Shown here: one piece after another, positions 34,416-48,592 of the stretch
Layout of the letters: each line of letters starts with the position of its first letter
Numbering within the stretch: the stretch's first letter is position 1
NCBI RefSeq assembly: GCF_964204645.1
Contig: NC_134029.1
Location: 10,194,850 to 10,258,849 of the forward strand
Length of the DNA stretch: 64,000 bases
Source: Tubulanus polymorphus
Taxonomy: Eukaryota; Animalia; Nemertea
Reading direction: 5' to 3'
Translations under genes and position numbers: made by a program
The notes under the pieces: model-generated
What the model saw: only the letters and a program-made list of their open reading frames with translations
Told to the model about the DNA's origin: nothing
Databases searched by the model: none

Positions 34416-37400
34416 TTAAATGTTTTCGTAGAATACAATATTTGAATCTGCACCCGTGCGCTGCCAATAATCTATGAAGCGAACTTTATAGTATCCACGG
34501 ACAGTGAGCTGTGTGTAGTGACGATATACCCGACACTGTCTGTGTAGAATCAGATTATTGAAGCCATGAGGACCATGGTGCCGAAGATGTCGACCGGAAT
34601 GTAGACTTATCATCCTCCAACATATACGACGAATCCGATCAATTCCTTAAAAAGAGAATAGTCTTTTACATCATGAAGGATATACTAAAATTTCAGTGTC
34701 TGTAAGGCCAGGAACTGCATTGTGGTGACTGCAAACCATTGACTTAGATTTTAAAAAAAACTATGGTCTCAAGCCTAAACATTGACTTCGCACCAAGTTG
34801 CCAGGTTTTAGGCCTATATATAGATTTGTGCAAAATTAGTTGTGACATTTGATCGGCTATATAACAAGGCAATAGGCCGGGTAGGCCTATATGTATCAAT
34901 TTATACCGTTGTCTACCTCTTATCCACGTTGCTGTATTGACAGAATGATAATGAACTGTTGAAATAGAATTCTTTGCGTTTATGCGCCTGAAGCGACCAT
35001 TTCTGCTTGTGGAGTAAAGAACCTCGTAGGTCAGTACACATCTGCGTGGGATTAAATAGAACAATTAGATAAACACAGGAGATCTTGGAGAGGATCTTGT
35101 TTTTAGGTGTAGGCGTTCGTATAGTAAGGCTAGCGAAATTTAGTGTGTTTTGATGATACCGAGTTTTCAATGATTCCATCCTAGATTTCCAGGTCAGTAG
35201 AATCTTCCCCTGTGTCAGTCTTCTGACGTTTAAATCCGTCACCTTGGAAAACAGAAAGTATGCAAATTGAAAAACCAGCATTGGTACCACATTTTATTAT
35301 AGCTGCCCCTATAAATTCCCCTATATGTTTGAATGACATGATCGAATTGGGTAGTATTTTATCAATAATGGTGCAAAAGTATAATGAATAATTCAACCTG
35401 GCCGAGTGTTCGACTCTTCGTGCATACGTGAACAACATGAACAGACGGATTTGGCAGTAAGACGTGTACTGAGTTACAGCTGTAAGACGAGGGTTTACCT
35501 ATCGCGACAGGACCCTGAAATACCAATAGAAATTGAATAGAATAGTATTAAAAACCTGGACCCAGTTTCATAGAACCTGGAACCCTGATCCAATTCATTT
35601 GTCTGGCACCAGGATCAACAGTTCCATAGTTCAAGGACTCACGAACCTGTTCCTTTGGTCTGGACCAGAGATCCAGATCCATAGCTCAACTTAAAGATAA
35701 TTGGAAATGAACTAATTCTCAACTATATTGAAAGAAACCTGTCCGACAAATAAATCTAGATCCAGTTCTTCAGTTCTCGCTTAAATCTGACTGATGTGTA
35801 TAGCATTAAAAGAAAATGACACTGTCACAAAAAGAATTACTCAAATTGTTGGTTTAATTGCCGTTGGTGCAATTGAACGCTTTCAACGAGCCCAAAAATT
35901 CAAACTCAAACGTAACCGAATTCAGGCTGATTATTTTTGTATTATTTCTCTCGAAGTTGTAATCAAACCCTCTGAATGACGCAGAGTGTTGTTTTGATCT
36001 GTACCTCGTGTTGTCTCATCAGTGACAACAGGAAGTCGTCTGGTGTATCGGGTGAACGGAAATGTTTCCAAACATTATAGGGATTCCCGAAATGATGATC
36101 GATTCTAAACTGCATCAATCTCAAATCTGGATAATTAAGAATTTCATCATTTTAAATATCTCTCATCAAAATTTCCAGAACAATCAAGCTATATTTTCGG
36201 AAATTTGATTCAGTTTTTCACTCTTACCGGTTGCGTTTCTCATACTCGCCGGAAGCTCGATATGCAGTGCCACCTGGCGACTGATTCCGTATCTATGCGT
36301 ATCGTTACTGTTATACAGCAATATCGTTAATTCTTTTCCCGCATACTGCGCCGCCAGAACGCCGAAATTGCCGTCATCAGTGACGCCATCTGTTGACGAA
36401 AATAGAAGCAGATTCACAGACAAATTTAATCGCCAAAAGCGCCATACGAGGAATGCCTCTTCACAGTGAGATTTTATCGTTACAAAATTAAGCTATAACA
36501 ACGTTTTGAATTACGGATGACACTCTCCCTATATTCATTTGATAGATTTTGACGTCGGAAAGATGTAGCAAGGATCGATGGTCGGTCGAATTCTAACAGA
36601 ATTCTTGTACAATTTCAGTTCCGTGTTGATTTACCAGTTCTGTTGATGAAATGTTGAAGATGATCGCCTTGCATCAGGGCTAACAGAATCATAGCCGAAT
36701 AGATGGGTTTCTGGATGAATTCGACGGACCGTGCCTGCGGCCACGTGGCAGTGCCGTTCATCTGGAATCTGGCAAGCAAGGTTCTCTGAGTAAAATAATG
36801 CGGTCGATAATTCAAAAACGCGTTATCGTTACTGAACAGTTTCAGCGGAAACACGTGATCTCTGATAACCTCGTTCTGATGTCTGGATATAACCTACAAA
36901 TAAGATTGAATTGATTGCAAAAACCATAATTTCAAAGAAATTATATCAACCTGTCAGTTTTTCTCAATTGAATTATAGATAGTCACTTGTCTATGGAAAC
37001 TTATATTGTATATTTGCTTGGCTCGATTTGGGTTTTTAACGGGGCAGTTCCATACCATATGTGGAACCAATTACCTTGATGACCATAGCCGGATATGTGG
37101 TGTCAGCTCTCCACTGATGAGGAGTTATCCACGACACCATAGGGTCACCTTCACTAAAAAATCAAAAATCACACTGCACTGTGGTCTTCTCTCTTAGTGG
37201 CCATATTGGATTTTGATGAGAGACTGACAAAAAAACCTTCCCACTTGGACGCTCATATTGGATATATGTTTTTTCAAAATCGTACGCGATCCAAGATGGC
37301 CGTTTTAATGCGAAATCGTCCATACTGTCTTAACATACTCGTTGAATACTGAATGGTTTTTTAGGGTCGGGTATAGTTCGTAAATTCGTTTGACAGTTTC

Positions 37401-40400
37401 GAGTTCAGTATGTAGAATGTAATCGCTACTTCCGCTTCCGTGTTTATCGGGTCCTCCCTAGAAACAGAAAAACGAACGGCTCAAGTCCAGTATACGGACA
37501 AGTAGTCCCCGAGACCGCATAACACTTAGAAATAAATTCTAAATCAGTAACCATCCACATTGCTTGATTGAATTCGAAAATTCTCTATGCAAGATTAAAA
37601 TTTCATTAAGAATGGTTTATTCATACCGCGACATTCATATAACAACACGATTTCAACTTTTCAGGATGTGGTTTGTTCTAGGGTCCATTCTGAGTCTGTA
37701 TACCTTTTTATGAAATGATATAAAGTCCATTCTGACGGTTTCACCCGTGAAATAGTTCCTTCCGTTGACCACGTGGTCGAGCAACAGCCAACATAACCTG
37801 GAAAATCTATATGAAACGGCAATGTACAATATATGTACATGAACATGTACTTCATTTTCAGTAACGAGGCCAGAAACTTCAAAGAAATCATTATTTCATC
37901 GTATTGGGGTTTTAGAGAGTTTGTACCGGTATCAATGTTTCGTGGCGCCTGCCAGGGGTCGGTAGTTTATATCATTGTCGGTTGTAGAACATTTCTGACG
38001 TCAATGAGGCCCTTGATTTTCAGAAGCAGCAAATACTAGGCAGATCCAGAAGATTACAATTTCAAAACCCCTAGAGTGTGCATAAAAGGGCTGTACCTTG
38101 TAAGTCGGCAGGCCGCTGCCGGGCCTCCGAATATAAACCATTCTCCAGCCAGGCGTACCCCTTCAGAACTAGCGTCGTAGTAATTCAGATAACCACGTGA
38201 CGTCATATTTATCCGTTCGAACACGTGATGGTCCGGTTCGTTCCATGATTCAAATATCCACATGCGAACGTACGACAATCCAAATAGTTCTACGGAAATA
38301 AATCCATTGCTTGCAAATAAAGCTTTCATGTTGAGTTATCGGATTCGAACCTGGGACACTCCTGTTTGTTCCTCCATTCAGCACTCAGACTGATGAAGGG
38401 TTCAAATCCAGTCTGAAAATGGGTTCATCATCCTATATGCGGGAATTTCACAAAGGCAATGATAAGAACTAATTTTGATATTTCAATTCGGTAGATTTCT
38501 CACTGGGCGCCGCTGCGTCCGAGTGAGATTGTTTCTTTTGATTTAGTTTTCTAAACATCATATGTAATTCCATACGCAGTTAGATTGATTACAATCAGAA
38601 CCCTAAAAGCTACAAGAATAGTCATGAAAATATAGGAGTTAGACCTGTATATCTCTGCATGACCAGGCATCTATTCACACGTTGGAAACAAGATTGTGTA
38701 AATAGTACGACCAGTAACAAACGGCGGAAGAAAATCCGTTTATATGTGATAGAATATTGATATGCTTTTTTTTGTTCCAGAATCGTCTGAAATACAGAAG
38801 AAGTCTTTCAAAATTTATTATAATAAATTTTGAAAGACTTCTCGTTGTCGCGAGTCACAACTACGGCCCATTTTTGCCATTTGATAACTATGAAACAGCA
38901 GTAGAACCTAAATTATAATTTCGTGTCCGAAATATGCCCAATCATCGCCACGACCGAGAACTTCTGCATTATACATGTGTACACTGAATAAAATAAGTTA
39001 GTTAACACATTTTGTTGAACGATTGTAGTCGCCTTTTCAAATCAACATATCACAGCTATATTCAAGATAAACGAGATCGGTAAAAACATCCGATAGAAAA
39101 GAATCTAAGCTTTGGAGATCAGTAAGTAATATGTAAATAACTCGGTTTATGAATGCTGACGGCGACTACACCTACGATTTAATTCAAAATTTAAATTTCT
39201 GTTCACAATCATAAAAGATGATGCTTTATTCATCTGTGAATTATGTTGCACAATTTGACCTAGATACGAAGTTAATGCAGGTTATTCAGTATTTTCATTA
39301 AAAAAACTAGCGTAGCCTTATGGAGGAATATCTCTCATTTTGGGATAGAAAATGCTTGAATTTTGAAGGGAATGCCCGGAAAATCTACCCATCAAGAAGC
39401 AATGACCAAACAGACAGTTGAAATTATTTTAAAAGTTCCATGTTATCAAGAAATTGAACTGTTTTCCAAAATATTCTACATTCCAAAACTTCTACAGTTG
39501 TCAGTGAACACTCTTGAGTAAAAGTGATCCAGCAAACACTGCAACAGTGAAAACTCAGAACCAGCTACTTTCACCTGAACCTGGCCCAAGTCTTTAGTGT
39601 CCTCGATTACCATTATATTCATCGAAATTCAATTTTTATTTTCAAAAATCAGGATCAAGGAGGTTCTGCAGTTCTGCAGGTGTCGGTTCACGGTTCATTT
39701 TCGCAGTCTGTTCGCAGGAAATTGTGGAACTGGGTCATTGCAAACTGTGGAACTGGGTCATGGTGAACTGTGGAACTGGTTAATAGAAAAATGTGGACGA
39801 ACTGGGTCATAGAAAACTATGATTTATTGCGAGTTTTGTGAATTATTTGCTCTTACCTACAAAATGTTGGATCAGACCCCGCACTAGATTCCGCCATTTT
39901 ATTATTTGATGATGATCTTCGAAATCAGTAAAATGTTTCGACGGATTGCCCATCAGCTCGAATACGGGAACCAGTCCAGTGGACTGAACGATGGCGATGA
40001 AGCGGTCGAGTTGTGAGTAGTCCCAGGCTTCTTTACCTTCAGGCACGGATCTGTGAGTGGAGAGAGAAAAGAGAGAGTGGAATAGGGAGAGATTGAGGAA
40101 GAAAAAGACAGGGAAAGAGATGGTATAGAGAGGGGGAGGTGGCGATAGTGGGCAAAAATGGATGACTTGAATAAGAGTACGCGGCAAGAGAGTGAGTGTG
40201 GAAGAGAGGGCGGAAGGGGAAGAGAAGAATGATAGCAGATGAAACTGGTTTTTACCATAGCAGTGAACTTCACTAAATATCAATACAGAAGTAATAAAAA
40301 TCAAAACGAACTTTTGAATAGTGATTAGATCTAACAACCAGTGAACTCTAATGTATCGCATTCCCGAGAACGGAACCGCTCCGATAATCGCTAGATTATG

Positions 40401-40900
40401 TTCAACATCTTGACTGGTGAAAAATCGGCGTCTCTCGTCAGGACTTGGTGGACTGTATGGGTGTAGCAGCAGGGGCAGCGGTAGCAGCAGCAGCATTCCG
40501 AGCAATGGAATAAATTCGAAACAGAAATCAGGAGTTATACAGAAGAAAATGGAGTAAATTCAAATCATGAATTGAACAATTTCGAATAGTAACTGAGCCG
40601 ATTTAAAATTGAATGTAATGGCTAAAATACGACACAGCCAGTATTAAACTTGCGAACCCGTGTACAATAATACTCATGTATTCATTGATTTTTGAATAAA
40701 CTGAATCGTGAATCGATCAGGTTCGAATCCCGACGAGGGCACATGTTTTTAAATGAAACTTACCAAAAACCTGTACTCGCCCAAAACGGTTCCACGCGCC
40801 CTATGACTTCCTCCCCGCACACTAGGACGTCATAGTTTATGGGCGAAACGGCCCCACATGTACCAGAGACAAAAATAAACAGAAACAATGAAATTTTCAT
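34416..40900 (-). CDS. IDUA: Alpha-L-iduronidase (GH39). Approximate exons: 40900-40764, 40452-40312, 40050-39857, 38289-38097, 37797-37704, 37457-37339, 37153-37075, 36893-36635, 36389-36228, 36126-36005, ~35515-35398, ~35243-35182, ~35042-34916, ~34508-34416
   Basis: Signal peptide, then [27 protein letters not shown], catalytic [26 protein letters not shown] nucleophile region, [18 protein letters not shown] and C-terminal VRFIDYW. GT-AG boundaries were read manually. Confidence 0.93.
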
Positions 40901-41335
40901 ATCCGTAATTCTTGCAAAATTTCTCGCACTGAAATTCGCCATAACGGCGAAATCTATGTGTTTACATATCAAAATGGTCTACATTCAGACTATCAGTAAA
41001 ACGATTAGATAGCCCGGATTTGGATAAGTTATGGTAGCTCTTTCGGGCCACATTTAGGAAAAATATGACACTCGGTCTCCTACCAATTGTTTTTGGTATA
41101 TACATAACGCAGGCCTGCGTCAAAACCACTTTTTTTGCGTTTTAACGCCACGTTGAAACCAGTTCTTCGTTTTACCGCCACGATAAAACAAGTTTATCGT
41201 TTTAACGCCAACAAGTTGCATTTAACGCAGCGTTAAACGAAAGGTTTTAAAAATTACTCATGCTAATTCAATAAGATTGAACATGCTAAGCCCATACCAT
41301 AAAGTACCCAAAACAGTGAAAATGATTAAGATCAA

Positions 41336-41428
41336 CAGGGGCGGGCGCAGGAAAACCCGGTTAGCCTTAACGTGGTTAGTGGCTTATGGTTATATTAGGT
41401 TAACAAGGTTTTCCTGCGCCCGCCCCAG
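41336..41428. mobile_element. Short MITE, same family as 9851-10045
   Basis: ggggcgggcgcaggaaaacc / ggttttcctgcgcccgcccc. Confidence 0.75.
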
Positions 41429-41789
41429 TTTGTTTCAATCTTTAGAGGATATTTTAAAACATGATTTCTCATAATTGCTTCATGATGATAAGATTGAGTA
41501 ATATTCCATAATAGGCCTACTTAGAATAATTATGCACAGCCTTTGTACGGTTTAGATATTACATCCTCGAATTTTGTAACTGTTCATATTTTTGAAAATT
41601 CATGAACGTTTCGGAGCAGCATGATTACTTCACAATCCCATCAAATTGGATATAGAGGCATTCCTGCAGTATGCTTGCAAAGTCTCAGCAGAATACACGA
41701 GTTATCGTGTTTTGAAATTCGCACCTTCCAATATGCATTCAGAAAAAACATGATATTTTTGGGTCTCCAACATGTGAGACAGGTGCCTG

Positions 41790-42277
41790 GAAAACAGACT
41801 GGGGAGATAGACCATTTGCCAGCTATCGGTCTTAGCGACCACAATGTTCTTCTGTTCGAAATAAATGCTCCACTTTCTTCTAACTCATCTAGAGGCGCTA
41901 ATACTGTGAGGCTCATGTACGATTCTGCAGACTACAGCTCAATAAATAAAAAACTTGTAGAAGCCAAAATGACAGATGAGATACAAAAATTAGATGTTGC
42001 CGGGAGTTGGATATTTTTCAAGGATTGCCTTCATCTATGTAGCGAAAAGTATATCCCGAAACGATGGAATCGGAATAATAAGAGTAAACCGAAGTGGCTA
42101 TCCAGAACTATTATTCACAAGGTAAAGACAAAACATCGTCTGTTTAAGAAATACAAGGCAGATAGGTCGCGAGCGAATTATATGGAGTACAAGGCAACCA
42201 GAACAGAGGTTAAGAATGAAATCAGGGTTGCAGTTAGAAACTTCGAAAAAGGATTGGCTACATCAGTTAAGACTAAC
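41790..42277 (+). mobile_element. CR1-group LINE, 5' part (end of APE domain plus linker)
   Basis: GLSDHNVL, KPKWL and the ending ...SVKTN, which continues as PMDFWAY at 48601. Confidence 0.85.
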
Positions 42278-45200
42278 GAACACGAAGAAAGTGACACGGA
42301 CGATACGTGCGAAGTTGCTGCAAAAACAACAAAACCAAGCACTGCGCCACCAGCACCAGTCCGAATGCAGAAAAGGAATCAAACAAAGAATGGAACTAAA
42401 TCAAAGACCAAAAAAACTACTTAAGGTGAGGTATTCATAACGTTTTACTAATGTAGGCAAATGAGACATAAAATGGCGGACGTGTTAGAACGTATTAGAT
42501 TACTATCACTAAATTGCAACGGCTTAGTTTACTCGAATGCTCGAATTTTCGGCATTTTTGAAAGACTTAAAAACTATAATATCATTTTACTTCAAGAAAC
42601 TCACATATCGAATGACTATGAAGTTCAAAAAATATTTAAGCCCTTGAGGAAAGATTTTGAAATTATATCTTATATTATAAACGAAAGAAAATGTGGGGTA
42701 ACCATTGGTATTCGAAAATCTTTAGACTATACAATTTTAGATAAGACTGTAGATAGACAAGGGAGATTGATATCCTTGAAAATATCCCTATTCAGCCAAA
42801 TTTACAATATCGTTAACATATATGCCCCAAACAAAGGAACGTGATAGGAAAATTTTCATAAGCAATATCAGTAATTATCTTAATATAAACCCTAATGAGC
42901 ATACAATAATAGCCGGAGACTTTAATTGTATAGAAAGTCCCATAGATCGTGATTCAACATCCGTCAATTCATCAATACGTAGTGGTTCAGAACAATTAGC
43001 TAATTTATGTCAACAAAACAGATTAGCAGACGCTTACAGACTTAAAAACCCAGACACACCAGCTTTCTCTCGAGTAGCAAAACGCAATGACAACGTCATT
43101 AAAACAAGAATAGATCGATTCTATGTATCAGACACTTTACAGCCAGACATAGAACAGGTGAAACATATCAACTCTATTCACTCCGATCACAAGATCGTCG
43201 AATTGACAATTAACACTTCTCAAGTCAAACTTGGCAAGGGATACTGGCATCTCAACAAAGAACTACTTAAAAACCCTAATTACATCACTATGATAACAGA
43301 ATTTTGGAATCAATGGCAAAATCACAAACAGTTTTATGAATCGATTATTGAATGGTGGGAAGAGGGCAAAATTCAAATAAAACAAAGATCTATAAAATTT
43401 GCATTAGAACTCCGCAGAATTAAAAACAATCTCAAAAAATCATTAGAATCTGAATTATTCATTCTCGAAAAACTTTCTGATTTAGGAGTAAACACTAACC
43501 AAAATCAAATTGAATATCTTACCAAGCGTATTCGTGACTTCGACATTGAAAAATCAATAAGTGCAATGATAAGATCTAAAATTGAGTGGAGAGAATTTGG
43601 GGAGAAAACAAGTACCTTCTTTGCAAATAATGAAAAACAACGCGCTAAAAAGAATCACATCAGGACTCTAAAAAATAATCTGGGTGGAATTAAAACTGGT
43701 CAAAAAGACATTGAAAAAATTCAGCTAAAATTTTATAAAGACTTATATAGAAAAGAAGAAACGGATTTAGAAACCCAAAATCTATTCCTGAGTAATCTAC
43801 CTAAAATTTCTAATCAAAAGAAACTCCAGCATGACTCCGTAATAGATATCGATGAATTAACAAATTGTCAAATCTTTCCAAAATAATAAATCCCCTGGTA
43901 TAGACGGACTACCTATTGAATTTTATAGAATATTTTGGCATACTCTCCAAAATGACTTTCTACAATAAGTACATGCGTGTATACAAGAAAATAGACTTTC
44001 TAAATCAATGCAAACTGGTATTATTTCATTAATTCATAAGAAAAATGACAAAACAGACTTGAAAAATTGGAGACCAATCTCATTACTATGTACAGATTAC
44101 AAAATATTCACAAAAGTTCTCGCTAACAGATTAATTAACTGTCTAACAGACATAATACACCCAGACCAGACTTGTAGCGTTAAGGGACGTCGAATTCAAG
44201 ACAATGGTCATATCATAAGAGACTTAATTGATTACGTTAATAATGATAATTTAGAAGCATTTTTAGTGACCATCGATCAAATGAAAGCTTTTGATCGTGT
44301 TGACTGGCAATATATGTTTAAAACTTTAGAATCTTTCGGTTTTGGAGAAAATCTAATTCGGTATATCAAGACTTGCAATTCAAATCCAAAATCCAGAATT
44401 AAAAATAACGGCTTCTTAACTAAACCCTTCACCTTAGAAAGAGGCGTAAGACAGGGATGTCCCATGAGCGCAATACTCTACATAATAGCAGCGGAAGAAT
44501 TAGCAATTAAAATACGCGAAAACAACAATATCAAAGGAGTAAAACTACCAGATGACACAGAAATTAAAATCAAACAATTTGCAGATGACACTACATTATG
44601 TCTAACCGACTTAGAATCATTGAATCAAGTCCTTACAACCTTAACCTTGTTTGAAAGAGCATCAGGTGCAAAAATTAATAAAGATAAAACTGAGTGTATG
44701 TGGATAGGATCTTGGAAAGCTAGAAACGATAAAGCTTTAGACTTAAATTCGAAGAAATCAATGAAAATTTATGGAATTCATTTCGGCAATGAAAATACTG
44801 ATGATTTAAACTGGAAAATAAATAAAATTCAAAATATCATAAATCTTTGGCGCCAAACTAAATTATCTTTACATGGCAAAAAGGTTGTCATAAACTCTTT
44901 TATACTACCTATATTATGGTACACTTCCGAGATTTTTCCAATTCCAGATAAATATATCAAAATCTTTGAACCAAAAATCATCAATTTCCTATGGGATAAT
45001 GGAAAACGCCTTGTCAGTAAAGACATAATACATAAAAAAATCGAACACGGAGGTCTCGACTTACACAACATTAAATACAGACAACAAACACAGGCAATTA
45101 AGACGATAATAAACCACGCTCTAAAACCAACACACTGGAAACCACTTATCAACTACAATCTGCAAAAATATCTAGGCCCAGGCTGGAATATTTCAAACAT

Positions 45201-48200
45201 CATTCACAATGAAATACCCAAAAAATCATTACAAATGACTACTACAGACATTTATTAAAATCATGGACAGTTTTAAAACAACATCTAGTTACAACTGAGA
45301 CCATTACCGAAATTCTGCAAAAACTTATTTTTGGCAACCCAAAAATTAAGCTCAACAAGAAAACCAATTTCACAGAATACATACATCACGGTATAATCAA
45401 TCTACGACATCTATTCGATAATCGTGGAAACTACAAAGCATTTAACGAAATTCCATTAACAAATAAATTTAAACACACATGTATATACAATGCGATACCG
45501 CAACATTGGAAACTAATTCTGTCTGACCAAAATTTAGATCCCGATGAATTACCAAAAATCTATGTACAATTTGGTAATATAGTGTGTACTATAGGAAAAC
45601 TTTTATCATCTCAAATCTATCGAATTCTATTATTAAAAAATCTCCATCAAATCACACCGATAGGGCAAACCAAAATTACTGAAATTTTAAATGCTGATCT
45701 GAACTGGCCGGAAATTTGGAATGAAGTTTATAATAAACATATTGATAGACGATTTAGTGTTATTCATTGGAAATTACTACATAATACTCTGGCAACAGCT
45801 TCAAAACTTGTACTTTGGAAAATAAAAACTGATCCAAATTGTAAAATTTGTGGACGCGCGGCAACGAATGACCATGTAGTATTCTCATGCACAGAAGCAC
45901 GGCAATTATATTCATCTATACAACCAATCATTCAACGCATACTAGACACACCAATAAATATCACTCAAGACATCGTCTACACAGGAATTACTAAAACAAT
46001 AGAAAGAGATTTCTTCAAACGCACACTCGCGAACTACCTTTTGTTTCTCGCACAATCCATTTTGTACAAAAATCACTACAATTTAGAACAAGGCTCTGGC
46101 CGCATCAACACTATAATTTATTTCAAAAACTCGCTAATAGATCGCCTAAACCAAGAAATCATGCTTCAACAAAACCTTCATATTTGGACTCTTAACAATG
46201 TACTTATACACCTGGATGCAAACGGACTGAACGTAGTAAACAGAATCACAATCGACACCATTAGCGTAGTCTATTAATTAAACCCAACGCTTTTTTGACG
46301 CCTTATAAAACGTTACCATTATGAAACCTAACCAATGTTAACCATTCAGCGTCATTTTACAAACGACAACCGTAAATCGATGTGCAAAACGTCACAGGTT
46401 TATGTGTACACATACAAGCTATTTGGCAAAATATTATTGATAAAGATGTAGAATGGCTCCCTTTGATTATATAATGACGTCTATTTGAACGTCGAAATGT
46501 TATATTGCATTGAATATCATGAGAAGACGTATTGTAATAGTAAAGGATGTATGATTATATCAGGAGCGGCAGGCATAAATAGAAATGATAAGTAAATCGG
46601 ATTATTCGGTTAAATGGCGGATGTATACACGATTTGGAAGTCTGATATAAAAGTCTGATATAAAAGTCTGACATGGGGATGCTAGTGGAATGACGAAGCT
46701 ATCTACGATCTGAGTAGGGCCGGCGTGAATTTCATCGGCGGCTACAAGCGGTCTATATAAAAACGTGTTAACATATAATTTCAATATTCAAATGTTTTAG
46801 AAAATATGTTCGATATAAGGGGTATGCAAGTTTCATGAGATTAGCAATTTATAATAGCATAGCTGTCATATACGGCTCCGCGTCCATTGATGGCATGTGT
46901 ATAAGGTGACAATTCAATTCAATACTTTATTGATCATTATTACATTGAAATTCCGGGATAAAATTTAAAAAACTTACAAATCTTAAAATAAGAAAATACA
47001 AAATACAAGACACACGGTTAATTCATACAGAATAACATGAATAAGTTCTTTAAATGACAATGTCTACTTCAACCCAGACTCAAGTCTAGGATATCGAGTG
47101 ACAGCCAAACCGGGCCCCAGGACCGGGCCGGCTGGCTACACGATATGCTCAACGTCATGACGAAGCAAACATCCAAAGAACTCTTTCTTCAACCATGGAG
47201 GTAATGAGGTTGCAAACCAGCTTAGAGGCAAAAGTGAATCGAAGTCGGTCACAAGTTGACAATTTTTTTAAAATTAGACCAGTTGAAGACTGTATCATCT
47301 ACCCAATCGCCAAATCTCATAATTCCCCAAATTTCTTAAAACTTCGATTTCAAATTTGCAATTCCACATTAGCTTCTCCCAGAAATTCTACATTTTTTCG
47401 CAGGCGTCAAATAATTTATTAAAGTTAATTTTCTTGTTTATTACTTACACCTACATATCCCGACTTTGACACTTGAGGTATGTTCTGATTTAGATCGAAC
47501 AGGGATGACGGTCTATCAATACGCATAGAACTGTCTGACCACTTTTGCTCTATATCATCACATACGCATTAGTTTATTAGTTTACTGTTTCTGATGTTTT
47601 GACTGTAAACTCAGTCTCATTGCCACGATAGCTGGAACGCTGCCTCCGTTTGTGACCTTAGGATAGCAAGCTCAGTCTATCTACGCGCAATGGTGACTGG
47701 AAAGTTGCCTCTTGACATCAGTCTCATTAAAAGCTACCAAAAACCTAATCGTGACAATGTGAATAAAACCCGATCAAGACTGTATATATGTGTGTGTACA
47801 AACATGTATTCAATATTCACGTGTCTGTGCCGCTTTCTTACTGACGGTCTATCAATACGCATAGCACTGTCCGTTTGATTGCGATACATTCACGGACCTA
47901 ACTCACTGTATATTAGAAACACATAACTGCTCCCAGTGTAAAACTTATACTTTTAGGCAAATTCAGCACCAGATGTGAAGTACCATCTGCGCACCCCTTG
48001 ACGGAGAAACCCATCCTCATTGGAGCTGCACCGTCGATGTCATACAACTACACTTCGGATACCCCAGGGCCATACTCTCATCTGGAAAATTTGCATTTCG
48101 AAATGTGCTTTCTTCCTATCTAGTCAACACGCGGGATCATCAACTTAGAGGACTTCTACATCAACATCTACCCGAGAAAAAAAAACCACAATAAACTATC

Positions 48201-48592
48201 GGACTATTTACACGTAGAAAACGACCAAAAAAATATAAAAATGGACAAAATGATCTTGTAATATAGCTATTTCCAGAATCTCATTGTATTAAATTAGGCA
48301 GCCAGAAAAATTCACCCCAATCAGTCGCTTGCCGGTTCAGACTGAATGGAAGATTGTTTGGATGAACCGGAACCGAATTTCCAATTATGTACTTCGATTT
48401 TAAAATATTCTGTTAACTCGACCGCCGATCACACATCTATATCTGTACTTCGATTTCCGATTTCAAAATCAAACCCCCTGTTTCGCTCCCGGCAGGTGTG
48501 GTGGGTCTGTAAGGGGCACTCAATCGAAAAATCAAACAAAATTTACCAGCCAAATAAATAAATAATGGGGACAATCCCTATTTTAAGATCAG
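42278..48592 (+). mobile_element. 5'-truncated L1/Tx1-clade LINE with a 3' extension of about 2.3 kb, inserted in the CR1-group LINE
   Basis: Flanked by a 9-bp direct repeat aagactaac (42269-42277 and 48593-48601). An ORF1-like tail ends at 42424 and is followed by ORF2. Confidence 0.85.
42461..46277 (+). pseudogene. L1/Tx1 ORF2 (APE endonuclease, RT, CCHC zinc finger) with several frameshifts and stops
   Basis: SLNCNG, LQETH, NIYAPN, GDFN, RIDRFY, SDH; NWRPISLL, KAFDRV, GVRQGCPMS, FADD, HGGL; CKICG...HVVFSC. Breaks at about 42835, 43880, 43968 and 45250. Confidence 0.93.

Noticed and set aside
38386-38420. ctgatga...gaaa as a hammerhead ribozyme
   Set aside because: There is no proper stem II, stem III or cleavage triplet. 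It is better explained as a simple cagactg/cagtctg hairpin.
39843-40505. 220-aa membrane protein ORF
   Set aside because: It is a read-through of IDUA exons 2-3 plus an intron; the hydrophobic stretch comes from the pyrimidine-rich intron.
41621-42424. Stand-alone 267-aa gene
   Set aside because: It is a chance in-frame fusion of two LINE fragments across a TSD.
48580-48592. U2 snRNA target remnant (taagatca) at the Tx1 3' junction
   Set aside because: The match is only 8 nt with no further U2 similarity.
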